From Opitutales bacterium (GTDB lineage Bacteria; Verrucomicrobiota; Verrucomicrobiia; Opitutales; PNEW01): DNA of 32,000 nucleotides. A program made the translations under genes and the position numbers. The stretch is from the NCBI GenBank assembly GCA_965219535.1, contig CBDCNV010000001.1, positions 1,110,001-1,142,000 on the forward strand, written 5' to 3'. Positions within the stretch are counted from its first letter, which is position 1, and each line of letters opens with the position of its first letter. The notes below the pieces were generated by a model. It made no database searches. It was not told the DNA's origin and was given only the letters and a program-made list of their open reading frames with translations. Of this stretch, positions 18,815 to 26,852 are shown in pieces.

Positions 18815-20200
18815 CGGTACGGTACAACCAGGACATGGTTTACAGATTTAGATCAAGACATGGTTTACACTTTGTGAGGGATGCTGAACGGTAATCGGGT
18901 TATATAGTTAAGTTAATGTTATGCGGTTTTAGAGGTTTGGCTGGCATTGTTGGGGCCGCAAGCGGCCCCAATGAAAGCAGCCGTTGAAAGGTCAATCTGA
19001 CCGATTCTGAGAGTGGCAAAGTAAACATCGAAGTGTACCGTGTCTAGTGGTTTTAGTCCAACGCTCCAACCGGCGAGGGCGGTGGAGATAGGAATCTGGA
19101 AGCCATCGAGTTTGATAGACCCGCTTTTTGAGACCCGGCGAGTCATCAAATCATAGCTGATATCGGCAGGAGTGCCACCGTAAGGATGAGAGCTGTGCTG
19201 ATAGATTTCAGAGGGCGTGCTCATGGCAAGAGCCGCATGGGGGCGTTCTTCATTGAAGGTCTTGCGCCACAGATCGAAGGCCACCTGTTGGGTGCGAAGA
19301 TCGTCCTGGGCATGTTTTTGCAACTCCTCTTTGATATCGCGATGGAGACGCTCATGGGCACCGTTATCCTGGGGTTTACCCGGACGTCCACGCTCGAGAT
19401 TGATCCCTAAGGCCAGCCACCAGGCCGCCAGTTTGCTCAGGCCCAGGACCGCATTGGCACTGGCAAAGGGACTGCCGTTGTCGCTGCGGATGCAAGCGGG
19501 AAGTCCATAGCGTTCAAAGAGTTTTGTGAAGCATTCACGCACCGCTTCGCTACGGGCTGAACTGAGCACCCGCACCTCTAATACATAGCGGCTCCATTCA
19601 TCCCGTACCGTCAAAGGTTCACAACGGTTGCCATCAACGGTGTGCCACCACCCTTTGAAGTCTACGCTCCACACTTCGTTACAGCCACTGGCCTTGACGC
19701 TGCGGTAAAGGCGTCCGCTTTTTTGAGCGCTTCTGCGCCGACGCTTTTGCACCAGTCCCGCACGTTCCAAGACCCGTTTCACGCTCGAGTCTGAGGGGGC
19801 CTTCCCGTAACGCCTCTGGTAAAGCTCGCGGATCTTGTAGGGGCCCCACGTCGGGTGATGATGCTTGAGTTTGATCAGCGTACATACTACTGATTCGGAT
19901 AGTTCCTGAACACTTCCATGCGGTCGGCGTGAGCGCTCGTGCAACCCCTCCATCCCTTCGCTCAGGAAGCGCTTCTTCCATTTATACCCTGTCGGTCGGC
20001 TGATCCCGTAGTCTTCACACAGCTCGTTCATCTTTACTCCCGGTTGCATCGATTCCAGGGCGAATTGGTATCTTTGGTCCATTTTATTTGTTTCCTTCCA
20101 TGACATCATACCCCTTACTTAGCATCCTTCTTTCTTTGGCAATCTGTAAAGGATGTCCTGAACCTTTTGTGTAAAGAATGTCTTGAACCTATACCGTAAC
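18815..20200 (-). mobile_element. IS element, IS481-like (single DDE/rve transposase), apparently intact
   Basis: Visibly more GC-rich than its flanks. It has imperfect terminal inverted repeats (acggta...) and two copies per end of a 17-nt motif caRgacatNNtttacaS (18829-18845 and 18854-18870; reverse 20144-20160 and 20169-20185), spaced 25 nt apart at both ends. Exact ends and the target duplication are not resolved. Confidence 0.78.
18919..20109 (-). CDS. Transposase, HTH + integrase-core (rve, DDE) domains, IS481-like
   Basis: 396-aa ORF with an N-terminal HTH (CEDYGISRPTGYKWKKRF) and catalytic core contexts VWSVDFKG, IRSDNGSPF and KPQDNGAHERLHRDIKEE. An alternative start lies at Met10 (20082). 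Confidence 0.9.
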   Translation of the reverse strand: MMSWKETNKMDQRYQFALESMQPGVKMNELCEDYGISRPTGYKWKKRFLSEGMEGLHERSRRPHGSVQELSESVVCTLIKLKHHHPTWGPYKIRELYQRRYGKAPSDSSVKRVLERAGLVQKRRRRSAQKSGRLYRSVKASGCNEVWSVDFKGWWHTVDGNRCEPLTVRDEWSRYVLEVRVLSSARSEAVRECFTKLFERYGLPACIRSDNGSPFASANAVLGLSKLAAWWLALGINLERGRPGKPQDNGAHERLHRDIKEELQKHAQDDLRTQQVAFDLWRKTFNEERPHAALAMSTPSEIYQHSSHPYGGTPADISYDLMTRRVSKSGSIKLDGFQIPISTALAGWSVGLKPLDTVHFDVYFATLRIGQIDLSTAAFIGAACGPNNASQTSKTA

Positions 20201-20271
20201 TATAACATAAATGCCAATCTAGTAATTCAGTTTACTTGGTAATACCTATTGTGAATAAATAAAATCCATTG

Positions 20272-20302
20272 CCTAAAACTTAACACTTAAAACATAACAC
20301 AG
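20272..20302. repeat. Reverse GTTAGGT-type array (right arm of the pair split by the IS)
   Basis: cctaaaacttaacacttaaaacataacacag. It has the same organisation as 13931-13959. Confidence 0.85.
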
Positions 20303-20391
20303 AAAATCTATGGATTTTCTATCTTGCCCCTGACTGGTAAAATAATCAGGATCGCCAGTTTGCTATTTTACTGACTCAAGATATACAGACT

Positions 20392-21459
20392 ATGCCACAG
20401 GTAACGGACATCAATGTCGTATCGACGACCGCGCTTCCTTCGCCGCAATCATTTATTAATGAAATCGCACGCTCTGAGGAGGAGGCGGCTTTTGTTGCCG
20501 AATCACGTAAAAATATTCACAAAATAATCTTTGGGGGGGATAAGCGACTTCTCGTTGTCGTTGGTCCCTGCTCCATCCATGATGTCGAAGGAGGGATAGA
20601 ATATGCGCAGCGCCTGCGCAAGCTATCAGAAAAAGTGTCCGACCGGCTCTATCTCGTTATGCGCGTCTACTTTGAAAAACCACGCACCACCGTTGGATGG
20701 AAAGGGCTTATCATGGATCCGAAAATTGATGGGACCTGTGATATACCGGCGGGCCTAAAGATCGCACGACAGTTTCTCCAGGATGTCATAAAGTTAGGTA
20801 TGCCGACGGCGACCGAGCTTCTCGACCCCATTACACCCCAATACATTGCCGACTACATCTGTTGGTCGGCCATTGGTGCCCGTACCGCTGAATCTCAAAC
20901 TCACCGCCAGATGGCATCCGGTTTGTCGATGCCCCTGGGGATTAAAAACGGCACCGGGGGGAGTTTGAAAGTAGCGGTCAATGCCATCAATGCCGCTATC
21001 CATTCACAGACCTTTCTCGGTATCGATCATCAAGGTCAGGCCGCTGAAGTGACGACGCGAGGGAACCCTAATTGTCACATCATATTGCGTGGCAGTGAAA
21101 AGGGCTCCAATTACCATCGTCAAGACATTGAGGACACGGAGAAATTACTCCGCGAAAGTCACCTGATAACCGCAATCATGGTTGACGCCAGTCATGATAA
21201 CAGCAGTAAGGATCACACAAAACAACCTGACGTCATTCATGTGATCGTCGAGCAGATCAACGCGGGGTGTGAATCGATCATCGGCGTCATGCTGGAGAGC
21301 AATTTAAAAGCTGGAAATCAGAAAATTCCCGATAAACGTGAAGATATTGTCTATGGGCAGTCGATTACTGATGCCTGTATAGACTGGGAAACAACGGAGG
21401 CGCTCATCCTTGAAACGTATTCTGCCCTGGAGAGTCGATTCTCACCCGTTGCCTCATAA
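20392..21459 (+). CDS. aroG: DAHP synthase, class I-alpha (AroG/AroF/AroH type)
   Basis: 355-aa ORF that is collinear with the E. coli AroG pattern: RLLVVVGPCSIHD, VMRVYFEKPRTTVGWKGLI, TPQYIADYICWSAIGARTAESQTHRQMASGLS and ITDACIDWE. The feedback specificity (which isozyme) cannot be read from the sequence. Confidence 0.92.
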   Translation: MPQVTDINVVSTTALPSPQSFINEIARSEEEAAFVAESRKNIHKIIFGGDKRLLVVVGPCSIHDVEGGIEYAQRLRKLSEKVSDRLYLVMRVYFEKPRTTVGWKGLIMDPKIDGTCDIPAGLKIARQFLQDVIKLGMPTATELLDPITPQYIADYICWSAIGARTAESQTHRQMASGLSMPLGIKNGTGGSLKVAVNAINAAIHSQTFLGIDHQGQAAEVTTRGNPNCHIILRGSEKGSNYHRQDIEDTEKLLRESHLITAIMVDASHDNSSKDHTKQPDVIHVIVEQINAGCESIIGVMLESNLKAGNQKIPDKREDIVYGQSITDACIDWETTEALILETYSALESRFSPVAS

Positions 21460-21491
21460 TTTTTATCAATCGTAAAAGTAATATATAAGTG

Positions 21492-22475
21492 ATGAAAAAA
21501 CCTATACGTGTTACTGTAACTGGAGCTGCCGGTCAAATCGGTTATGCGCTTTTATTTAGAATTGCTTCTGGTGCCATGTTTGGACCGGAACAACCCGTCA
21601 GTTTGAATCTTATTGAAATTCCGCCCGTGATGGATGCTTTAAACGGTGTCGTGATGGAACTGGACGATTGTGCATTTCCACTGCTTAAAGACATCGTTCC
21701 CACTTCCGATCTCGATGAAGGATTCAGAAATGTTAATTGGTGTCTCCTCGTAGGCAGTGTACCGCGAAAAGCCGGCATGGAACGTAAAGACTTACTTGGG
21801 ATTAATGGTAAAATCTTTACCGGACAGGGGCAAGCGATTGAAAAGAACGCGGCCAGTGATGTGCGTATTCATGTCGTGGGCAACCCCTGCAACACAAATT
21901 GCCTTATCGCGATGAATAACGCCCGTGAAATTACGTCCGACCGCTGGTTTGCGATGACCCGGCTCGACGAAAATCGCGCGCGCTCACAATTGGCGCAGAA
22001 AGCCGGTGTGTCGATCTCATCGGTCAGTCATATGACCATCTGGGGCAATCATTCAGCCACCCAATATCCGGATTTCTACAATGCGACGATAGAGGGTAAA
22101 AGTGCAGTGGATGCAATCGGAGACGAAAATTGGCTGAAAGACGAATTTATTCCCAGCGTGCAACAGCGCGGTGCCGCCATCATAAAAGCGCGTGGCGCCT
22201 CATCTGCCGCTTCCGCAGCTAACGCTATCGTTGATTCTGTGCGGTCATTGACCATTCCCACCGAGGGAGATGACTGGTTTAGCGTGGCTGTCTGTTCAGA
22301 TGGCAGCTATGGCACACAAGAAGGTCTGATTACCTCTTTCCCCGTATGCAGTGACGGCAATAAATGGGAAATTGTCCAGGGCTTGGATATAAATGACTAC
22401 AGCCGGTCAAAGATCGATGCCTCTATCGCGGAGTTGGAAGAAGAGCGCTCGTTGGTTTCCGATTTATTACCATAA
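21492..22475 (+). CDS. mdh: Malate dehydrogenase (NAD-dependent, long cytosolic/Thermus-type family)
   Basis: N-terminal Rossmann motif [32 protein letters not shown], and WGNHS with the catalytic His. ATG at 21492 (the ORF track uses GTG 21489). Confidence 0.92.
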   Translation: MKKPIRVTVTGAAGQIGYALLFRIASGAMFGPEQPVSLNLIEIPPVMDALNGVVMELDDCAFPLLKDIVPTSDLDEGFRNVNWCLLVGSVPRKAGMERKDLLGINGKIFTGQGQAIEKNAASDVRIHVVGNPCNTNCLIAMNNAREITSDRWFAMTRLDENRARSQLAQKAGVSISSVSHMTIWGNHSATQYPDFYNATIEGKSAVDAIGDENWLKDEFIPSVQQRGAAIIKARGASSAASAANAIVDSVRSLTIPTEGDDWFSVAVCSDGSYGTQEGLITSFPVCSDGNKWEIVQGLDINDYSRSKIDASIAELEEERSLVSDLLP

Positions 22476-22490
22476 ATCGAAAACCAGCGC

Positions 22491-22806
22491 GTCAAAAAGT
22501 CAACAGCCGTCGCCAAGGCTATGGCCGTCAAGAAAGGTCAAAAAGTCAAAATGTTGATTCTTCTGGAGGGACGCACGGTGCCTGTCGGCCATAGTACCGC
22601 AACAGCGAAGACGACGGCTGATTGCGTCCGCGGACATATTTGTGAATAAATAAAGCCAGATATTTATTTATAATAAGCGGCCACAACGGAGTGTGGCCCT
22701 CCAAATTATATACCGTCTTATAAAACATTCGGACTTCCTTTAAAACCCTATTCATTCTTCCCTGAACCCTGATACCCTGAACCCTGGGCGGAACGTCGGC
22801 TCCGCC
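22491..22806. repeat. Mosaic J: GTCAAAAG units (22491-22506, 22537-22553), short module (22504-22532), long module (22581-22630), hairpins (22679-22698, 22787-22806), CTGAACCC array (22761-22787)
   Basis: Read directly. 22581-22630 matches 7031-7080 at 47/50 positions. The short and long modules are mutually inverted, as in mosaic B, but in the opposite order. Confidence 0.85.
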
Positions 22807-22811
22807 GAAGT

Positions 22812-23645
22812 TTAAAGTCCAAATATTCTGCCAAGCATTTTCCAGATGCTCATGCCACCGCCTTGCTGTTGCTGTTGGCCTTTGCTTTGACTGCTGCCGC
22901 TGCTGCCGCCGCCACTCCCTTGGCCTCCACCCTGGCCGCTGCTGCCCGATGAGCTCTGTGATTGCTGACTCTGCGAGGATTGATTCCCTTGATTTGAAGC
23001 CATGTTTCTCTGATTCTGGCTCATCTGTCCACCGGCCTCTTGCATCTGTTGCTGACCGGGCATCTGGTTCATTTGGCCCGGGAAGCCTCCCATTTGTGCC
23101 ATTTCTCCACTCTCTTGAGCTTCCCTCATTTGAGCCATCTGCGCCGCACTCATTGGGCCGGTATTGATAATCGTGCCTTGTTCATTGCTTTGAGATGAAC
23201 CTGACGATCCCTGGTTGCCAGGGATCTCCGCAACTTGTAAGCCCTCCGGTTGACCACCGCTCATGGCGTCTTCGAACATGCCATCGGAAAATTGCCAAAC
23301 ATATATCTCACTACTCTTTAAGTAGGGGAGCTCGAAGGTGGCCAAATCTAGTATTTCCTGTAATTCAAAACTTTTTTCTTCCGCGGTGTAGTAGTCATCG
23401 GTGGGGCCAAAGTAATATGTGAGGTTAGCGTGAGTATAGCGGACATAATAGCCCTCCTCATCGGGGATATCACTGGATACATCTATCCCGGGATACTTCT
23501 TTTTGAATTCGTCCTGCCTTAAACGCCCGCTCTCATAGATAGCCTCCATCGGTAAGATGAGTGACAATGCAAGAAGGGACTGAGTACCCAGGAGACTAAC
23601 TAACCCGAATACTGTGAATCTCTTTAATAGGAAAAGTATACTCAT
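22812..23645 (-). CDS. Secreted protein: small N-terminal globular domain plus Met/Gln/Gly/Ser-rich disordered C-terminal half; function unknown
   Basis: 277-aa ORF with a signal-like N-terminus (FGLVSLLGTQSLLALSLI). The low-complexity region has 10 Met in 51 residues (MSAAQMAQMREAQESGEMAQMGGFPGQMNQMPGQQQMQEAGGQMSQNQRNM), followed by a Ser/Gln/Gly tract and a short amphipathic tail, MSIWKMLGRIFGL. Confidence 0.6.
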   Translation of the reverse strand: MSILFLLKRFTVFGLVSLLGTQSLLALSLILPMEAIYESGRLRQDEFKKKYPGIDVSSDIPDEEGYYVRYTHANLTYYFGPTDDYYTAEEKSFELQEILDLATFELPYLKSSEIYVWQFSDGMFEDAMSGGQPEGLQVAEIPGNQGSSGSSQSNEQGTIINTGPMSAAQMAQMREAQESGEMAQMGGFPGQMNQMPGQQQMQEAGGQMSQNQRNMASNQGNQSSQSQQSQSSSGSSGQGGGQGSGGGSSGSSQSKGQQQQQGGGMSIWKMLGRIFGL

Positions 23646-23655
23646 AATCCAATGG

Positions 23656-24420
23656 CTAGATGTCAGAAGGAATTCTATCTCCTTCTTCCATTCCCAGCGA
23701 TTGACCTCTATTTTTGCCGATCATCGGTTTTTTAGGAGATGTGGATTCGGCATTTGTATCCATACCCTCGGAAGCATCATTTTTCATCTCGACCACGTCG
23801 ATCATTTCCGACGGAGCGCCGATACCTATTTTGGAGAGGATAGGACTACCCGACGCTTCTCCCATTTCACCCGTTCCGCCTTCCATGCTTTCCGCTGAAC
23901 TCATACCTCCTTGTTCACCCTCCTGCGATTCCTCACCGCCAGCACCCATGCCTTCCATCTCTTCGCTTTCAGCCAGGGCGGCCTCATCGACTTCTGCCAA
24001 CTCTCCACCGACCGCGCCTTCAGACTCCTCATCGATCATTTCTGATGCATCACCCAATCCCGATCCTTCCTCGCCTTCTTTACCTTCTTCACCTGTTTGA
24101 TCCCCTTTGCCTTCTCCCTCTTCAGCTTCACCGCCCTCTTTGCTTTCACCCTTCTGATGTTTAGATGCCTCCTTGCCTTCAACACCCTGGCTTTGTTGCT
24201 GCATGCCCTCGGAATTGAATTGGCCGGGAATTCCAATTTTTGGCCTTTTCTGAATGATTTTCGCTAGTGACGAGGTGGATTGTTCTTCAGGGGGTAGTTG
24301 AGAACCGTCAAAAATCAACGGGTCCGGTGAATGTTGGTACTCTGCGAACGCCACTCCCGTCCACGTGACGGTAAGGATAAAGAGCACAAGAGGAGTAAAA
24401 ATAGATTTTATAAGCATCAT
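23656..24420 (-). CDS. Secreted acidic Glu/Gly/Met-rich low-complexity protein; function unknown
   Basis: 254-aa ORF with a convincing signal peptide (LVLFILTVTWTGVAFA-EY) followed by about 150 residues dominated by E, G, M and S. Its stop lies 10 nt upstream of the next gene's start. Confidence 0.6.
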   Translation of the reverse strand: MMLIKSIFTPLVLFILTVTWTGVAFAEYQHSPDPLIFDGSQLPPEEQSTSSLAKIIQKRPKIGIPGQFNSEGMQQQSQGVEGKEASKHQKGESKEGGEAEEGEGKGDQTGEEGKEGEEGSGLGDASEMIDEESEGAVGGELAEVDEAALAESEEMEGMGAGGEESQEGEQGGMSSAESMEGGTGEMGEASGSPILSKIGIGAPSEMIDVVEMKNDASEGMDTNAESTSPKKPMIGKNRGQSLGMEEGDRIPSDI

Positions 24421-24506
24421 TACTGTATTTAAGGCCTTAACACATTAGAAAGTGAATACCGTCCATAAGTTCCTAATAATATAATATATTTAAAATTTAA
24501 CGTCAA

Positions 24507-24717
24507 ATCTTCGTCTGCCTCATCGTCCTCGTCCTGGAAAAGTGGAATAAAGGAATAATGGAAGAACGGAAGATTGGATGCTTGGAAGGGTAGATTAATA
24601 AAACTGTTCACTGTTCACCGTTCACTGTTCACTTAGTCTTACCTGTCCTGAGCGTAGTCGAAGGGAATAATCGCCACGCTTACTAGACGTAGACGAAGAG
24701 ACAGACGAAGACGAAGC
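24507..24717. repeat. Mosaic K: CTTCGT-type arms (24507-24534 / 24686-24717) enclosing GGAANNNN x7 (24536-24591), CACTGTTC array (24604-24632) and a CCTGAGC..GTCGAAGGG module (24642-24665)
   Basis: Read directly. The arms are complementary at about 21/25 positions. The right arm ends gacgaagctaat, as in mosaic B (7274-7285). Confidence 0.87.
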
Positions 24718-24724
24718 TAATGGC

Positions 24725-26440
24725 TCAAATCCTATCATTACAAACCACATTAATAACTGGCAGTTGCCTGCCTGACCGTACTCTCACTTCAAATAGTATG
24801 TCCTGATAGCCTTTGCGGCGACCGACGACTCGATAGTTTCCCGGTAAAAAATTTTCTGTATACTCGCCCTTAAACTTACCGAGCATTTTGTACCCGGACA
24901 CGCTGACCCAGGTTGATCCATCAGATGTAAAGACTATCCGTACTGGCTGGCTTTGTTCTTTGAGAATCTGTTGAAGTCGACGTGCACTACCTTCCAGTGG
25001 TAAGTAGTCAGGTTTTAACGCCATGGCTTCGTTGAAATCGTAAATCGCTTCCTGAAATTCACCCTTTACTGCTTTCTCTTCCGCTAATTCGAGAAAGTTT
25101 TCAAAGCGCAGAATGGCCCTGACCAATTTACCAGCGTTCACCAGACCTTCTGTTGCCTCCTCGTGACCACTCTCGATGTCCAGGACTTCCTGGTAAGCGT
25201 CACGTGCCTTATACCAATCGTACTCTTTCTCAAAGTAACGTGCTTTTTTCAGTGCGGCACTAATCAGGAATTGGCGCTTCATTTCTCGCGTCTTCGCGAT
25301 CGCGTCCTTTGGTTCCTGAAGATCGGGATAGACTTTGGATGCCGCTTCATAGTGACCGATCGCTTCATCCCATAGCTTATCTTCGATCGCACTTTCCCCA
25401 TAGGCTATTAATTGAGAATATTTATTGTCCTTAATCGTCTTCGCTAAACGGTACTTTCCCTGTTGCGCTTTAATCGAGTAGGAGTCGATGTCAAATGCCT
25501 CCTCAAAGGCGACGAGGGCCTCTTCAAGATCTCCTTTTTTTTCAAGCGCTTTGGCTTTACTGAGAAGGGGATGGACCTGGTCTATGGTCTGCGCGCGCAT
25601 CAGGTTGCGTAAAGCCAGTTCGTTATCCGGCTGAAGTCTGAGGATTTCTTCAAAAACCTCGACCGCTTTGCCCTTGTCACCCGAGGTGAGCGCCTTTTTT
25701 CCCTTGAGTTCCATCTTCGATAAAGAGGTGAGGATTTGATCTTCCATCTTTTTCATCGCGGCAATACCAGCGGTAAAGGCGTTAAATGCTTCAGAAAAAC
25801 TGCCCGTTTCGTAGGCGTTGCGTCCCTCAATACCGAAGTTAACGGCTATTTCATATTCAAAAGGGGCAAACATGCGGATTTTTTCATTCTCTTCGACGAG
25901 AACGAGAAAATCATCGTACCTCGCATTGGCCTGTTCTTTAAGGGCGATGAGTTTTTTAAAATCTTCGACTGAATCTGTGATCGAATCAAACAACTCCATG
26001 GCCTGTGGGTAGTCGCCGGAATCGATGAGCTTATTAGCTGTATCAAAATTATTTTCTATCGAGAGCAGGTTTTGCAAAAGGACTTCATGTTCATCGGTGA
26101 GCTTCTTGACCACGTCGATCGCACTTTCCGCTTCCGCTTTAAAGCGATCGACACGCTCACGGCTGACAAAACGATATTTAGTGTTCGCGGTGTTCAGCGA
26201 TGAAGAATCCTGAGTGGCTGTATCAGTTTCTTCCTCCATTATCTTATCCAACCCGGGAATGGGGATGTTTATGATTATCACAAATGCGATCAAAAGGCCC
26301 CCCCCGATGTAGATTAAAGGCTTCTTTGACTTTTTTTTCGGCGCTCTCGCCGACGGGCCTCCATTCTCTGCTTCAGGGTTCCAATGTACTATCCTGCGCC
26401 GTTTTACACTGCCCGGCTTATGCTCACTATCGTCACTCAT
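24725..26440 (-). CDS. Membrane-anchored TPR-repeat protein with C-terminal PEGA-like beta domain
   Basis: 571-aa ORF with a basic cytoplasmic N-terminus, one TM (LIYIGGGLLIAFVIIINI), multiple TPR-like helical pairs (for example GDKGKAVEVFEEILRLQPDNELALRNL), and a C-terminal LPGNYRVVGRRKGYQD motif typical of PEGA domains. Confidence 0.72.
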   Translation of the reverse strand: MSDDSEHKPGSVKRRRIVHWNPEAENGGPSARAPKKKSKKPLIYIGGGLLIAFVIIINIPIPGLDKIMEEETDTATQDSSSLNTANTKYRFVSRERVDRFKAEAESAIDVVKKLTDEHEVLLQNLLSIENNFDTANKLIDSGDYPQAMELFDSITDSVEDFKKLIALKEQANARYDDFLVLVEENEKIRMFAPFEYEIAVNFGIEGRNAYETGSFSEAFNAFTAGIAAMKKMEDQILTSLSKMELKGKKALTSGDKGKAVEVFEEILRLQPDNELALRNLMRAQTIDQVHPLLSKAKALEKKGDLEEALVAFEEAFDIDSYSIKAQQGKYRLAKTIKDNKYSQLIAYGESAIEDKLWDEAIGHYEAASKVYPDLQEPKDAIAKTREMKRQFLISAALKKARYFEKEYDWYKARDAYQEVLDIESGHEEATEGLVNAGKLVRAILRFENFLELAEEKAVKGEFQEAIYDFNEAMALKPDYLPLEGSARRLQQILKEQSQPVRIVFTSDGSTWVSVSGYKMLGKFKGEYTENFLPGNYRVVGRRKGYQDILFEVRVRSGRQLPVINVVCNDRI

Positions 26441-26520
26441 CCGTCTATATCACCTGAATAATTACCACCTAAATGTCTAATGATTATAATATTAAACAGA
26501 TTTTAGAATGCAATGTTTCG

Positions 26521-26562
26521 TTTTTATCGTAAAATCTTAAAAATAAGATTTTACGATAAAAA
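26521..26562. repeat. Perfect 19-bp inverted repeat with 4-nt loop (tttttatcgtaaaatctta aaaa taagattttacgataaaaa)
   Basis: Read directly. It is AT-rich and lies 81 nt upstream of the TPR gene's start codon on the minus strand. Confidence 0.92.
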
Positions 26563-26852
26563 GTCGAATGTCGAAGGTCGAAAGTCTAATGTCAGATTAA
26601 ATTCCCACTTTCGACCTTCGACCTTCGACTTTTGACGGAGGGTGCCTAAATCTCAAATAGAAGCCCGATCATTCTCCACAGACACCTGCCTGCCCTGAGC
26701 CCAGCCGAAGGGCTCGCCCTGAGCCTTGTCGAAGGGAACCCATATTCAATCCGCAACTCCCCACTGTTCACTGTTTACCGTTCACTGTTCACTGATCTTC
26801 CCCCTTTCGACTTTCGACGAAGGAGGACAACGGTTTACCGTTGTCCTCCTTC
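26563..26852. repeat. Mosaic L: GTCGAAGG arms (26563-26586 / 26607-26636), CCTGAGC..GAAGGG modules x2 (26685-26736), CACTGTTC array (26762-26794), CTTTCGAC units (26804-26818), 15-bp perfect hairpin (26819-26852)
   Basis: Read directly. The terminal hairpin contains the last five codons and the stop codon of the upstream ABC fusion gene. Confidence 0.87.

Noticed and set aside
19186-19981. ORFs inside the IS481-like transposase gene: plus-strand antisense (19186-19410, 19217-19510) and minus-strand alternate-frame (19679-19981)
   Set aside because: This is a GC-rich region that produces long spurious frames. The 396-aa frame carries the HTH and DDE-core motifs.
22949-24236. ORFs overlapping the two low-complexity secreted-protein genes: plus-strand antisense ORFs (22949-23167, 23195-23422, 23614-23898, 23714-24100) and a minus-strand alternate-frame ORF (24036-24236)
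   Set aside because: These are alternate-frame or mirror-image products of GC-skewed low-complexity coding sequence (Pro/Ser-rich translations). The minus-strand frames have signal peptides and tight operon spacing, so I prefer them.
22546-24611. Small minus-strand ORFs across mosaics J and K (22546-22755, 69 aa; 24429-24611, 60 aa)
   Set aside because: Both are composed almost entirely of repeat-module sequence, with no ribosome-binding context or recognisable domain.
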